DNA of 32,000 nucleotides from Vibrio vulnificus CMCP6 (GTDB lineage: Bacteria > Pseudomonadota > Gammaproteobacteria > Enterobacterales > Vibrionaceae): NCBI RefSeq assembly GCF_000039765.1, contig NC_004459.3, positions 2,121,127 through 2,153,126 on the forward strand, written 5' to 3'. The notes beneath the pieces were generated by a model that saw only the letters and a program-made list of their open reading frames with translations, searched no databases and had not been told where the DNA came from. Below are positions 1-8,174 of this stretch, one piece after another (the stretch's first letter is position 1; every line of letters starts with the position of its first letter). The position numbers were made by a program, and so were the translations under genes.

Positions 1-57
1 AAAACCTCGGCTCTGATGCGACCAAGTCAATCCTTAAACCAAGTGATTGAAGCTTAA
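1..57 (+). CDS. 3' end of a gene entering from the left edge (last 18 codons, ...KTSALMRPSQSLNQVIEA*)
   Basis: Frame 1 is open from base 1 to the TAA at 55-57, and a strong hairpin terminator follows 14 nt later. Eighteen residues are too few to name the product. An isocitrate dehydrogenase C-terminus would fit Vibrio synteny beside cspD, but that is a guess. Confidence 0.3.
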   Translation, partial: KTSALMRPSQSLNQVIEA

Positions 58-60
58 TGC

Positions 61-93
61 AAAAAACAAAACCCGCCGAAAGGCGGGTTTTTC
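61..93. terminator. Bidirectional rho-independent terminator (acccgcc-gaaa-ggcgggt, A-run upstream, T-run downstream)
   Basis: Perfect 7-bp GC-rich stem (71-77/82-88) with a GAAA loop. It is flanked by aaaaaacaaa on one side and ttttt on the other, so it can terminate both the upstream + gene and cspD (-). Confidence 0.85.
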
Positions 94-143
94 AATAAGA
101 GCTAAAGCGTTGCTTAAAAGTGAATTTTGTCGCAATACCAGTC

Positions 144-365
144 TTACTTCGTTGCTTGTACTTCGAGTGGAACGACGCTGCTAGCGTGACACCCTTTCGG
201 ACCTTTCTCAATCTCATACGTGACTTGTTGGCCCGCTTTCAGTGTACGATAACCGTCCATCTGAATCGTTGAGTAGTGGGCGAAGATGTCGCCTTCCTCT
301 TGATCTGAACAGATAAAACCAAATCCTTTGGCGTTATTGAACCACTTTACTGTACCTGTAGCCAT
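144..365 (-). CDS. cspD: Cold-shock-domain protein CspD (stationary-phase replication inhibitor family)
   Basis: MATGTVKWFNNAKGFGFI...DIFAHYSTIQMDGYRTLKAGQQV is a classic CSD with RNP1/RNP2 motifs. The position is divergent from clpS-clpA, as in E. coli. I chose the ATG at 365 (GAGGGA 8 nt upstream) over the ORF-track start at 374. Confidence 0.93.
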   Translation of the reverse strand: MATGTVKWFNNAKGFGFICSDQEEGDIFAHYSTIQMDGYRTLKAGQQVTYEIEKGPKGCHASSVVPLEVQATK

Positions 366-905
366 GCTATACATCCCTCATGCATTTTGTTACTGATGTT
401 GTTAGCCAATCTTTAGCCTGTGTAACAGACTGATGGCAAATTTGCTTTTAAGCTAAATTTAAGAATTTCGTGTGATGGATTTTTGGCAGTTAAACTTTTT
501 TGCAAGTTTCGCGTTTTGCGAAGCGAAGCACTAAGTGAAGAAAAATTCATCAACACCAACCAATGTAGTCAATGATTTTGGCTAGTCAATAGTAAAAATG
601 TATTAATAACAACATAATCGCAAACAGATCACTTTTGGGTTTAACATTTTTGCAAAAGTTTCTTTGTTGAGTGATTGAGCTTTTCCCTAAAATGAGTTGA
701 CGTCTGATGGCAAAAGCATCAAACAGTTGCAGATAAATAGCCTTGTCTCATCTTTTTATTTGCAGCCTGCTGTGGCGTGAATTAGTCTCTAAGTAAGGGA
801 AATTACACGCGAAGGCTAACTGACTACACCGAGCTTGGTGCTTATGGTAAAGTGTTTGCAGGTATCTGACTCTTTGTTGAAAGTCCCAAGTGTTTAATAG
901 AAGCC

Positions 906-1226
906 ATGAGTAAAAATTTTGAATGGATCACTCCAGATTCGGATTTACTGGAGAAAGAAATAACCCAGATTCAACCGCCCAAGAAGTACAACGTGGTGCT
1001 AAACAACGATGATTACACCCCGATGGATTTCGTGATTGATGTTCTTGAGCGTTTTTTTTCGCATGATTTAGATAAAGCTACGCAGATCATGTTGAAAGTT
1101 CACTACGAAGGGAAAGCAATTTGTGGCACGTATAGTGCAGAGATTGCTGAAACGAAAGTAGCGCAGGTAACGATGTATTCAAGGGAAAATGAACATCCGT
1201 TGCTGTGTACGATGGAGCAAGCGTAA
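906..1226 (+). CDS. clpS: ATP-dependent Clp protease adaptor ClpS (N-degron recognin)
   Basis: 106 aa with the conserved core [24 protein letters not shown]...[17 protein letters not shown]. It lies immediately upstream of clpA. Confidence 0.95.
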   Translation: MSKNFEWITPDSDLLEKEITQIQPPKKYNVVLNNDDYTPMDFVIDVLERFFSHDLDKATQIMLKVHYEGKAICGTYSAEIAETKVAQVTMYSRENEHPLLCTMEQA

Positions 1227-1273
1227 AGATAAGACTTGCTCGAGCAACCAAGTTGTTCTCACAGGAGGTACTT

Positions 1274-3550
1274 ATGCTTAATAAAGAATTAGAGTCGAGC
1301 CTGAATGGCGCTTTCGCTCGTGCTCGTGACAAACGACATGAGTTCATGACTGTTGAACACCTCCTACTCGCATTGTTGGAAAACAATGCTGCGAAGGAAG
1401 CTCTTTTGGCGTGCAAAGCCGATCTCAATGCTCTGCGATATGAACTGGATGTGTTCATTGATCAGACAACTCCTCTTATTCCAGACAATGATGAAACTCG
1501 GGAAACTCAACCTACGTTGAGCTTTCAGCGAGTGCTTCAACGAGCTGTGTTTCATGTTCAGTCTTCCGGTCGCAGTGAAGTAACTGGCGCAAATGTGCTG
1601 GTTGCTATCTTTAGTGAACAAGAATCGCACGCTGCTTATCTATTGAAAAAAAATGATATTTCACGATTGGATATCGTGAATTACATTTCTCACGGTATCA
1701 CGAAAGCATCTGGCGCGAGTGATGACTCTTCCTCTTCTTCAGATTCCTTCGGCAGCGATGCGAGTAGTGAAGAGAACAGCTCAGAAGAGCGCTTAGAAAG
1801 TTTTGCTACCAACCTCAATCAAGTTGCGAAAGATGGCCATATTGACCCTCTAATTGGCCGAGATAAAGAGTTGGAACGTACGATACAAGTACTTTGTCGC
1901 CGCCGCAAAAACAACCCACTTCTCGTTGGTGAAGCTGGGGTTGGTAAGACAGCCATTGCAGAAGGATTGGCGTGGAGAATTGTCGAGGGCTCGGTACCAG
2001 ACGTTATTAAAGACAGCGTCATCTATTCCCTAGATATTGGCTCATTGCTGGCGGGAACCAAATACCGTGGCGATTTCGAGAAGCGTTTTAAGACCATTCT
2101 TAAGCAATTAGAGAAAGAAAAAGACGCCATCTTATTTATTGATGAAATTCACACTATCATTGGTGCTGGCGCGGCTTCTGGTGGCCAGGTTGATGCCGCA
2201 AACTTGATTAAACCGTTATTAAGTGGCGGAAAGCTACGCTGTATCGGTTCTACTACCTATCAAGAATACAGCAACATTTTTGAGAAAGAGCGTGCTTTGT
2301 CTCGCCGTTTCCAAAAAATCGACGTTGTCGAGCCTTCGCTAGATGATACAACGAAGATTTTGATGGGTTTGAAATCTAAATACGAAGCGCACCATGATGT
2401 CCGCTATACCAACAAAGCGCTGAGAGCTGCAGTTGAACTCTCTGCGAAGTACATTAATGAACGTCATTTGCCGGATAAAGCGATCGACGTGATTGATGAA
2501 GCGGGTGCGCGTAGTCGCCTGACGCCAGCGAGTCGTCGTAAGAAAACGGTTGGTGTGGCAGATATTGAAGCCATGGTGGCTAAAATGGCTCGTATCCCAG
2601 AAAAATCGGTATCCTCTTCGGATAAAGATATTCTCAAGAGCCTTGATGACAAGATGAAAATGTTGGTGTTTGGGCAAGATGCGGCGATTGACGTACTTTG
2701 TGAAGCCATCAAGCTCAGCCGTGCGGGATTAGGCGCAGAAAACAAACCGGTGGGCTCTTTCTTATTTGCTGGCCCTACTGGTGTTGGTAAAACGGAGGTC
2801 ACTGTTCAGCTGTCGAAGCTACTTGGGATTGAGTTATTACGCTTTGATATGTCCGAGTATGGTGAGAGACATTCAGTGAGCCGTTTGATTGGTGCGCCTC
2901 CAGGCTATGTTGGCTACGATCAAGGTGGTTTGCTCACAGATGCGGTGATCAAACATCCTCATGCCGTTGTGCTGCTGGATGAAATCGAAAAAGCGCACCC
3001 AGATATCTTCAACCTACTGTTGCAGGTGATGGATAACGGCACGCTAACCGATAACAATGGTCGTAAAGCGGATTTCCGTAATGTCATCTTAGTCATGACC
3101 ACCAATGCTGGTGTCGCAGAGACAGAGAAAAAATCGATTGGTTTGATTCAGCAGGATCATAGTCATGATGCGATGGCGGAAATTAAGAAAGTCTTCACTC
3201 CAGAGTTTCGCAATCGTCTCGATAACATCATTTGGTTTAATAGCCTTGATGAAGCGATTATTCATCAGGTTGTGGACAAGTTTATTGTCGAGCTACAGGT
3301 GCAATTGGACGCGCGTGGCGTTTCTTTGGAAGTGTCTGAAGATGCACGTCACTGGTTAGCAAACAAAGGTTACGATAAAGCCATGGGTGCCCGACCAATG
3401 AGCCGAGTTATTCAAGATAAACTGAAAAAACCGTTGGCAAACGAGCTGCTGTTTGGTTCGTTAATCGATGGCGGTACGGTGAAAGTAACGTTAGAGAAAG
3501 ATGATTTGAAGTTTGAGTATCTGACAACGCGTGAAGAAGCGGTTCATTAA
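1274..3550 (+). CDS. clpA: ATP-dependent Clp protease ATP-binding subunit ClpA
   Basis: Near-colinear with E. coli ClpA: N-domain, two AAA+ modules with Walker A motifs GEAGVGKT and GPTGVGKT, and the C-terminal MGARPM motif. The start at 1274 (MLNKELE...) is preceded by AGGAGG; the 23 upstream codons in the ORF track overlap clpS and are unlikely to be translated. Confidence 0.96.
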   Translation: MLNKELESSLNGAFARARDKRHEFMTVEHLLLALLENNAAKEALLACKADLNALRYELDVFIDQTTPLIPDNDETRETQPTLSFQRVLQRAVFHVQSSGRSEVTGANVLVAIFSEQESHAAYLLKKNDISRLDIVNYISHGITKASGASDDSSSSSDSFGSDASSEENSSEERLESFATNLNQVAKDGHIDPLIGRDKELERTIQVLCRRRKNNPLLVGEAGVGKTAIAEGLAWRIVEGSVPDVIKDSVIYSLDIGSLLAGTKYRGDFEKRFKTILKQLEKEKDAILFIDEIHTIIGAGAASGGQVDAANLIKPLLSGGKLRCIGSTTYQEYSNIFEKERALSRRFQKIDVVEPSLDDTTKILMGLKSKYEAHHDVRYTNKALRAAVELSAKYINERHLPDKAIDVIDEAGARSRLTPASRRKKTVGVADIEAMVAKMARIPEKSVSSSDKDILKSLDDKMKMLVFGQDAAIDVLCEAIKLSRAGLGAENKPVGSFLFAGPTGVGKTEVTVQLSKLLGIELLRFDMSEYGERHSVSRLIGAPPGYVGYDQGGLLTDAVIKHPHAVVLLDEIEKAHPDIFNLLLQVMDNGTLTDNNGRKADFRNVILVMTTNAGVAETEKKSIGLIQQDHSHDAMAEIKKVFTPEFRNRLDNIIWFNSLDEAIIHQVVDKFIVELQVQLDARGVSLEVSEDARHWLANKGYDKAMGARPMSRVIQDKLKKPLANELLFGSLIDGGTVKVTLEKDDLKFEYLTTREEAVH

Positions 3551-3558
3551 AAGTAAAT

Positions 3559-3586
3559 AATAAAGCGAGCTAAGGCTCGCTTTATT
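3559..3586 (+). terminator. clpA terminator hairpin (aataaagcgagc-taag-gctcgctttatt)
   Basis: Perfect 12-bp stem with a 4-nt loop, starting 9 nt after the clpA stop. The 3' arm ends in a T-rich tract. Confidence 0.8.
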
Positions 3587-3642
3587 ATTGATAGCTTACA
3601 AAAGCGCGCGACTTAGGCGCTTCTGTAAGCGACATGATTCTA

Positions 3643-3686
3643 GTCAAACAAAAAGCGGAGCATAGCGCTCCGCTTTTTGTTTGACT
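3643..3686 (-). terminator. infA terminator (extended palindrome gtcaaacaaaaagcggagc...gctccgctttttgtttgac); also usable on the + strand
   Basis: GC stem gcggagc/gctccgc (3655-3661/3667-3673) with complementary A/T-rich flanks that give U-runs in both orientations. It lies 15 nt downstream of the infA stop. Confidence 0.85.
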
Positions 3687-3700
3687 GCGATAATCAGAGA

Positions 3701-3919
<219 letters not shown>

Positions 3920-3998
3920 TTAATCCTCTTAGAAACTTGGCGAATCTTGACGGTTACATAAGCCGTCAAAATGTAAAAAAGTAAAGTTGGGGCGTATT

Positions 3999-4697
3999 CT
4001 ACCCTTGCCAACGCTGATTTACTAGTTTTTGGTGGCGATGAAAGCGAACTTTATAGTTCATCGCTGGGCACTCGTCAATCTGATAGCCCAAATAGAGCCA
4101 CTGCTTTTTCTCTTCTTGACAGAATTCCAATTGAAATAACACGGCCAGTGTCCCCAAAGATAGCTCATGTTCTGGTTCGAAAAAGGTGTAAAAAGCACTG
4201 GCGCAATGATCCATGATGTCTGTCACTGCGACAGCGATTAAGCGTTGTCCTTCATAAATGTGGAGAAACTGCGTGGTTAGCCATTGATTACGAGAAAAGT
4301 GAGCAAAGTCATCTTTTTTCGGGGGATACATGGTTCCGTTACGATGTCGAGCAACAATGTATCGACTGTAGAGATCGAACCAGTTTTCATCCATATTCCG
4401 CTTCATCGACCAGCTAAGGGAGCGTGCTTTGGCCAGCAAACGCTTTTGGCTGCGTGAAAGTTCAATGTCGGGTACTGATATGCGAATGGGTTGGCATGAG
4501 TGGCAGCTATCGCAATGAGGCTTGTATATGGTATTGCCACTGCGACGAAATCCATTGGCTAACAGAACTTCATAATTGTCAGCCGTGTGCATATCCGCCT
4601 CAAGTGCCACGGCGACTCGTTCTTTTCTCTCGGGCAAATAACTGCAAGGGTGATTGTCTGTGAGCCCTATTTTAATTTGATGGATATCTGAACTCAT
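3999..4697 (-). CDS. bpt: Arginyl-tRNA-protein transferase homologue (bacterial Bpt/Ate, Asp/Glu leucyltransferase of the N-degron pathway)
   Basis: The sequence from MSSDIHQIKIGLTDNHPCSYLPERKERV... includes the CxxC cluster (HCDSCHSC) and the C-terminal YLGYQI...MNYK motif of the ATE family. I chose the ATG at 4697 because it forms an ATGA overlap with the aat stop; the longer ORF-track start at 4889 lies inside aat. Confidence 0.88.
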   Translation of the reverse strand: MSSDIHQIKIGLTDNHPCSYLPERKERVAVALEADMHTADNYEVLLANGFRRSGNTIYKPHCDSCHSCQPIRISVPDIELSRSQKRLLAKARSLSWSMKRNMDENWFDLYSRYIVARHRNGTMYPPKKDDFAHFSRNQWLTTQFLHIYEGQRLIAVAVTDIMDHCASAFYTFFEPEHELSLGTLAVLFQLEFCQEEKKQWLYLGYQIDECPAMNYKVRFHRHQKLVNQRWQG

Positions 4698-5407
4698 GCA
4701 TTGTGCCTCTTCAACCATTGGGGTGAGAAACAACCCGACGTTACTCTCTGTTGTTTTAAGCATAGCAGCCGTTGGAGAAATTCCTCTCTCGGCAACGTAA
4801 AAGCCCCCAATGAGTGCAAATGAGAATTCATCACCTGGCAATCGATCAGCTTGCCACCATGCTCGCTGAAATGACGGCAAAAATACCATAATGCAATTTT
4901 AGATGCGTTGGTTTCGAGGCTAAACATCGATTCGCCACAAAACAATTCTCCTATGCTAAGGCCATAGAAACCGCCAATGAGTCTTTGATCTTGCCAAACC
5001 TCAACCGAGTGACAGACACCTTGCAAAGCTAATGAGATGTAGGCCGCTTGCATCTCTTCATTTAGCCAAGTTTCTTCCGCTGGTCGTGTGTTGCCACATA
5101 GCTTAATGACTTCTGGCGTCGCATGATTAATGCTGACTTGGTATTGAGCCTTTCTCTGGAACTTTTTAAGGCTTTTAGCGGGTAAGAAGGTGTTTGGATC
5201 AAAAACGGCTCGCGTTGATGGACTCCACCACAAAATCGGCTCTCCCGGCCCATACCACGGGAAAATACCGTGGTGATATGCTGCGATCAGTCTTTCTGGA
5301 GTGAGGTCACCACCAAAGGCCAATAAGCCATTTGGATCGGCTAATGCATTTTCTGCAGGAGGAAAGTCTAAACTTTTACTATCAAGTTCTGTCAGATAGA
5401 TCGCCAT
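4694..5407 (-). CDS. aat: Leucyl/phenylalanyl-tRNA-protein transferase
   Basis: MAIYLTELD...DPNGLLAFGGDLTPERLIAAYHHGIFPWY...ILWWSP..R matches the L/F-transferase family. The start at 5407 gives a family-typical length of 237 aa; the 62 extra upstream codons in the ORF track overlap the divergent neighbour. Confidence 0.92.
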   Translation of the reverse strand: MAIYLTELDSKSLDFPPAENALADPNGLLAFGGDLTPERLIAAYHHGIFPWYGPGEPILWWSPSTRAVFDPNTFLPAKSLKKFQRKAQYQVSINHATPEVIKLCGNTRPAEETWLNEEMQAAYISLALQGVCHSVEVWQDQRLIGGFYGLSIGELFCGESMFSLETNASKIALWYFCRHFSEHGGKLIDCQVMNSHLHSLGAFTLPREEFLQRLLCLKQQRVTSGCFSPQWLKRHNA

Positions 5408-5443
5408 GTGAGAATATCTATAGTCCGGTTTGAGGAGATGTTT

Positions 5444-5899
5444 ATGAAAAAATGGTTGTATTGCCTGCTGTTTATGTCGTTTCTCGTGCACGCAAACTAT
5501 GAGAGGAATGTAGCAAAGCCAGTGAATAAAGTCATTTATGGCGAAGTGGAATCGGTTCGATACATTTCTCAACAGGAGATTATGCGCTCTCAAGCCGAAG
5601 GATGGAAAACATTACTCGGTGCCACGATAGGTGGTTTAGTTGGAAATCAGTTTGGAGGAGGGACAGGAAAAGAGGTCGCAACAGCCATTGGCGCAGTAGC
5701 GGGCGCTGTCATAGTACAAAACCAAGGTCAAAGTGAATACCGCATTGAATATCAACTGGTTGAACTGTTGATTGAGACTGAAAAAGGGCAGTTGATTAAT
5801 GTTATTCAGGATGTTGATAAGAATATGTTATTCAACCGTGCGGATAAGGTTCGGATACTTTATTTTGATGATGGAGTTAGGGTTGATTTAGCACTTTAG
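5444..5899 (+). CDS. Secreted glycine-zipper (2TM / 17-kDa-antigen-like) protein
   Basis: N-terminal signal peptide MKKWLYCLLFMSFLVHA|NY, then the Gly-zipper GATIGGLVGNQFGGGTGKEVATAIGAVAGAV. The start at 5444 lies 6 nt after GAGGAG (5432-5437); ATG 5438 is an alternative. Confidence 0.75.
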   Translation: MKKWLYCLLFMSFLVHANYERNVAKPVNKVIYGEVESVRYISQQEIMRSQAEGWKTLLGATIGGLVGNQFGGGTGKEVATAIGAVAGAVIVQNQGQSEYRIEYQLVELLIETEKGQLINVIQDVDKNMLFNRADKVRILYFDDGVRVDLAL

Positions 5900-6023
5900 A
5901 TTTGAGTAATTATTCACTCATTTACACTGGTTTTATCGGTTCTTTTTCGTTAGTCTGAAGTCACGAAGAATAAGTTGAAGTCCCCATTTTAAGGAAAACG
6001 GGACTCAAGGATTAACTCAATTA

Positions 6024-7310
6024 ATGGAAAGCCTTACGTTACAACCGATTAAAAAAGTCAATGGTGAAGTGAACCTGCCTGGTTCAAAAAGTGTTTCTAA
6101 CCGCGCCTTGTTATTGGCTGCCCTTGCTAAAGGCACAACGCGACTCACTAACTTGTTAGATAGTGATGATATCCGTCATATGCTGAATGCGCTAACGAAG
6201 CTTGGCGTGCATTATGAGCTCTCTGCCGACAAAACCGTTTGTGTTGTGGAAGGCTTAGGCCGTCCGTTTACAGCAACTGAGGCTCAGGAGCTGTTTTTAG
6301 GCAACGCCGGTACAGCGATGCGCCCACTTGCCGCAGCGCTTTGTTTGGGCAAAGGGGAGTTTGTACTGACGGGCGAACCACGAATGAAAGAGCGCCCTAT
6401 TGGGCACTTAGTGGATGCCTTAAGAGAAGCGGGTGCTCAAATCGAGTATCTTGAAAACGAAAACTACCCACCGTTGAAAATCAACGCAACAGGCTTACAG
6501 GCGGGAACTGTCAATATTGACGGCTCTATTTCTAGCCAATTCTTAACTGCATTTTTGATGGCGGCACCGTTAGCACAAGGTGAAGTGAAAATTCATATTG
6601 TCGGTGAACTCGTTTCAAAACCTTACATCGATATTACACTGCACATCATGAAGCAATTTGGTGTGGATGTGGTCAACAATGCCTACCAAGAATTTATTAT
6701 TCCAGCTGGTCAAAGTTATGTTTCGCCTGGGCAATTCTTGGTGGAAGGTGATGCCTCGTCTGCGTCTTATTTTCTTGCTGCTGCCGCAATTAAAGGTGGC
6801 GAGATCAAGGTAACGGGAATCGGCAAAAATAGTATTCAGGGAGACATCCATTTTGCTGATGCTCTTGAGAAAATGGGGGCCGAAATTGAGTGGGGAGAAG
6901 ACTACGTCATCTCTCGCGTTGGTCGTCTAAAAGGCATCGACATGGATTACAATCATATCCCTGACGCGGCAATGACCATTGCAACTACGGCTCTTTTTGC
7001 TCAAGGCACAACAGCCATTCGCAACGTGTACAACTGGCGTGTGAAAGAAACCGATCGATTATCCGCAATGGCAACTGAGCTACGTAAGGTGGGCGCGGAA
7101 GTGGAAGAGGGTGAGGATTATCTAATCGTTAATCCGCCACAACAACTCAGGCATGCCGCCATTGACACTTATGACGATCACCGTATCGCAATGTGTTTTT
7201 CATTGGTAGCGCTGAGCGACACTCCTGTAACGATTAACGATCCGAAGTGCACGTCAAAAACATTTCCGGATTACTTTGACAAGCTGGCTTCACTGAGTGA
7301 GTTAGCGTAA
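6024..7310 (+). CDS. aroA: 3-phosphoshikimate 1-carboxyvinyltransferase (EPSP synthase)
   Basis: 428 aa with [30 protein letters not shown] and the C-terminal [13 protein letters not shown] motifs; full-length class I EPSPS. Confidence 0.97.
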   Translation: MESLTLQPIKKVNGEVNLPGSKSVSNRALLLAALAKGTTRLTNLLDSDDIRHMLNALTKLGVHYELSADKTVCVVEGLGRPFTATEAQELFLGNAGTAMRPLAAALCLGKGEFVLTGEPRMKERPIGHLVDALREAGAQIEYLENENYPPLKINATGLQAGTVNIDGSISSQFLTAFLMAAPLAQGEVKIHIVGELVSKPYIDITLHIMKQFGVDVVNNAYQEFIIPAGQSYVSPGQFLVEGDASSASYFLAAAAIKGGEIKVTGIGKNSIQGDIHFADALEKMGAEIEWGEDYVISRVGRLKGIDMDYNHIPDAAMTIATTALFAQGTTAIRNVYNWRVKETDRLSAMATELRKVGAEVEEGEDYLIVNPPQQLRHAAIDTYDDHRIAMCFSLVALSDTPVTINDPKCTSKTFPDYFDKLASLSELA

Positions 7311-7315
7311 GAATA

Positions 7316-7342
7316 AAAGCCTTGGTGAAAAGCCAAGGCTTT
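7316..7342. terminator. aroA terminator hairpin (aaagccttgg-tgaaaag-ccaaggcttt)
   Basis: Perfect 10-bp stem starting 6 nt after the aroA stop. A/T tracts on both sides mean it may also serve the convergent yciN transcript. Confidence 0.85.
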
Positions 7343-7511
7343 CTTGTATCTCCGTTGAGCGTGAAGTTGTCGCGGTGTTGGCTAAGCACGCTTGTTGGAA
7401 CGTTAGTCAGAGTTGGTACATAGTAAATCTATGCTGATGGAGATTGACTCGCTTGCCGGCTAACTTCAACGCCAACTCGTTTATGGAAATGTTGGCGTAT
7501 CAGTGGGAAGA

Positions 7512-7760
7512 TTATTTGTCGAGAGTAAACTCTTTCGACAAATGGTGCGCGAGGTACTTAAACATGTTGAAAACCGACGTGGTTTTGGCTGTTGGTAGGC
7601 CGTTATGGTCTAAGAAATATTCCCCTTTAAACACCAGCACGTCATCTTTTTCTTCGACGCTGGTTGCTCTCATTCCCTCTATATAATCGTCATGCTCTTG
7701 GATGATGTGGTTGGCAATTAATAGCAGTTCAAATTCAGAAATGGATTTCTTGTCACTCAT
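7512..7760 (-). CDS. yciN: YciN-family protein (DUF2498)
   Basis: 82 aa; ...VLVFKGEYFLDHNGLPTAKTTSVFNMFKYLAHHLS closely parallels E. coli YciN. It has the same divergent position next to topA. Confidence 0.85.
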   Translation of the reverse strand: MSDKKSISEFELLLIANHIIQEHDDYIEGMRATSVEEKDDVLVFKGEYFLDHNGLPTAKTTSVFNMFKYLAHHLSKEFTLDK

Positions 7761-8174
7761 TTTCTTAGTGCCTTTACTATGATTTACGAGCGATAGTCTA
7801 GAGTCTTGACGGGCGAATTCAATCGCTATTAAAGAATTCGAGACAAAAAGCAGACGGTTGCTTGATGCTGATCAGTAAACGTTTTGTGACATGCAACAGA
7901 AAAATTAGGTTTTTATTAGCAACAAAATTCATCCGTTGCTTAGTATACGGCGGTCTACAGTTTCCGCATTTTGTCGACATGAGTAAAAATCGTTGTCTAT
8001 TGTTTAGCGATGAATTGTCGAGCAAACAAATTCGAAATGTAAAAAAGCAGTTGATCTTCTTTTCATCTCGCACAATAGTAAAAAAAGAAGCAATGAAATA
8101 GTACAACGTACCGATTACTTTTCTCGTCAAAACGAAAAGTAATGTGATCATTTTTTAAGGACGTTAGAGTCAAT

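Noticed and set aside
1700-1800. Ser/Asp/Glu-rich low-complexity tract in ClpA ([27 protein letters not shown]), and whether an internal ClpA start like the E. coli Met169 start exists.
   Set aside because: The tract sits in the naturally variable N-domain/D1 linker and is comparable in length to the E. coli linker. The position equivalent to the E. coli internal Met is Leu (tta) here, so there is no evidence for an internal start and nothing anomalous.
1087-3359. Multiple 60-125-aa ORFs antisense to or out of frame with clpS/clpA (for example 1087-1458, 1364-1630, 2339-2677, 2464-2802, 3165-3359).
   Set aside because: All lie entirely within the strongly supported clpS/clpA reading frames. 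Their sequences are low-complexity and Arg/Ser/Leu-rich, typical of shadow frames, with no SD sequences.
7819-8151. A 110-aa minus-strand ORF and a 79-aa plus-strand ORF (7862-8101) in the yciN-topA intergenic region.
   Set aside because: The translations are dominated by F/L/I/K/R/N, as expected from AT-rich non-coding DNA. There is no SD, one starts at TTG, and the two overlap each other. I treat the region as regulatory DNA.
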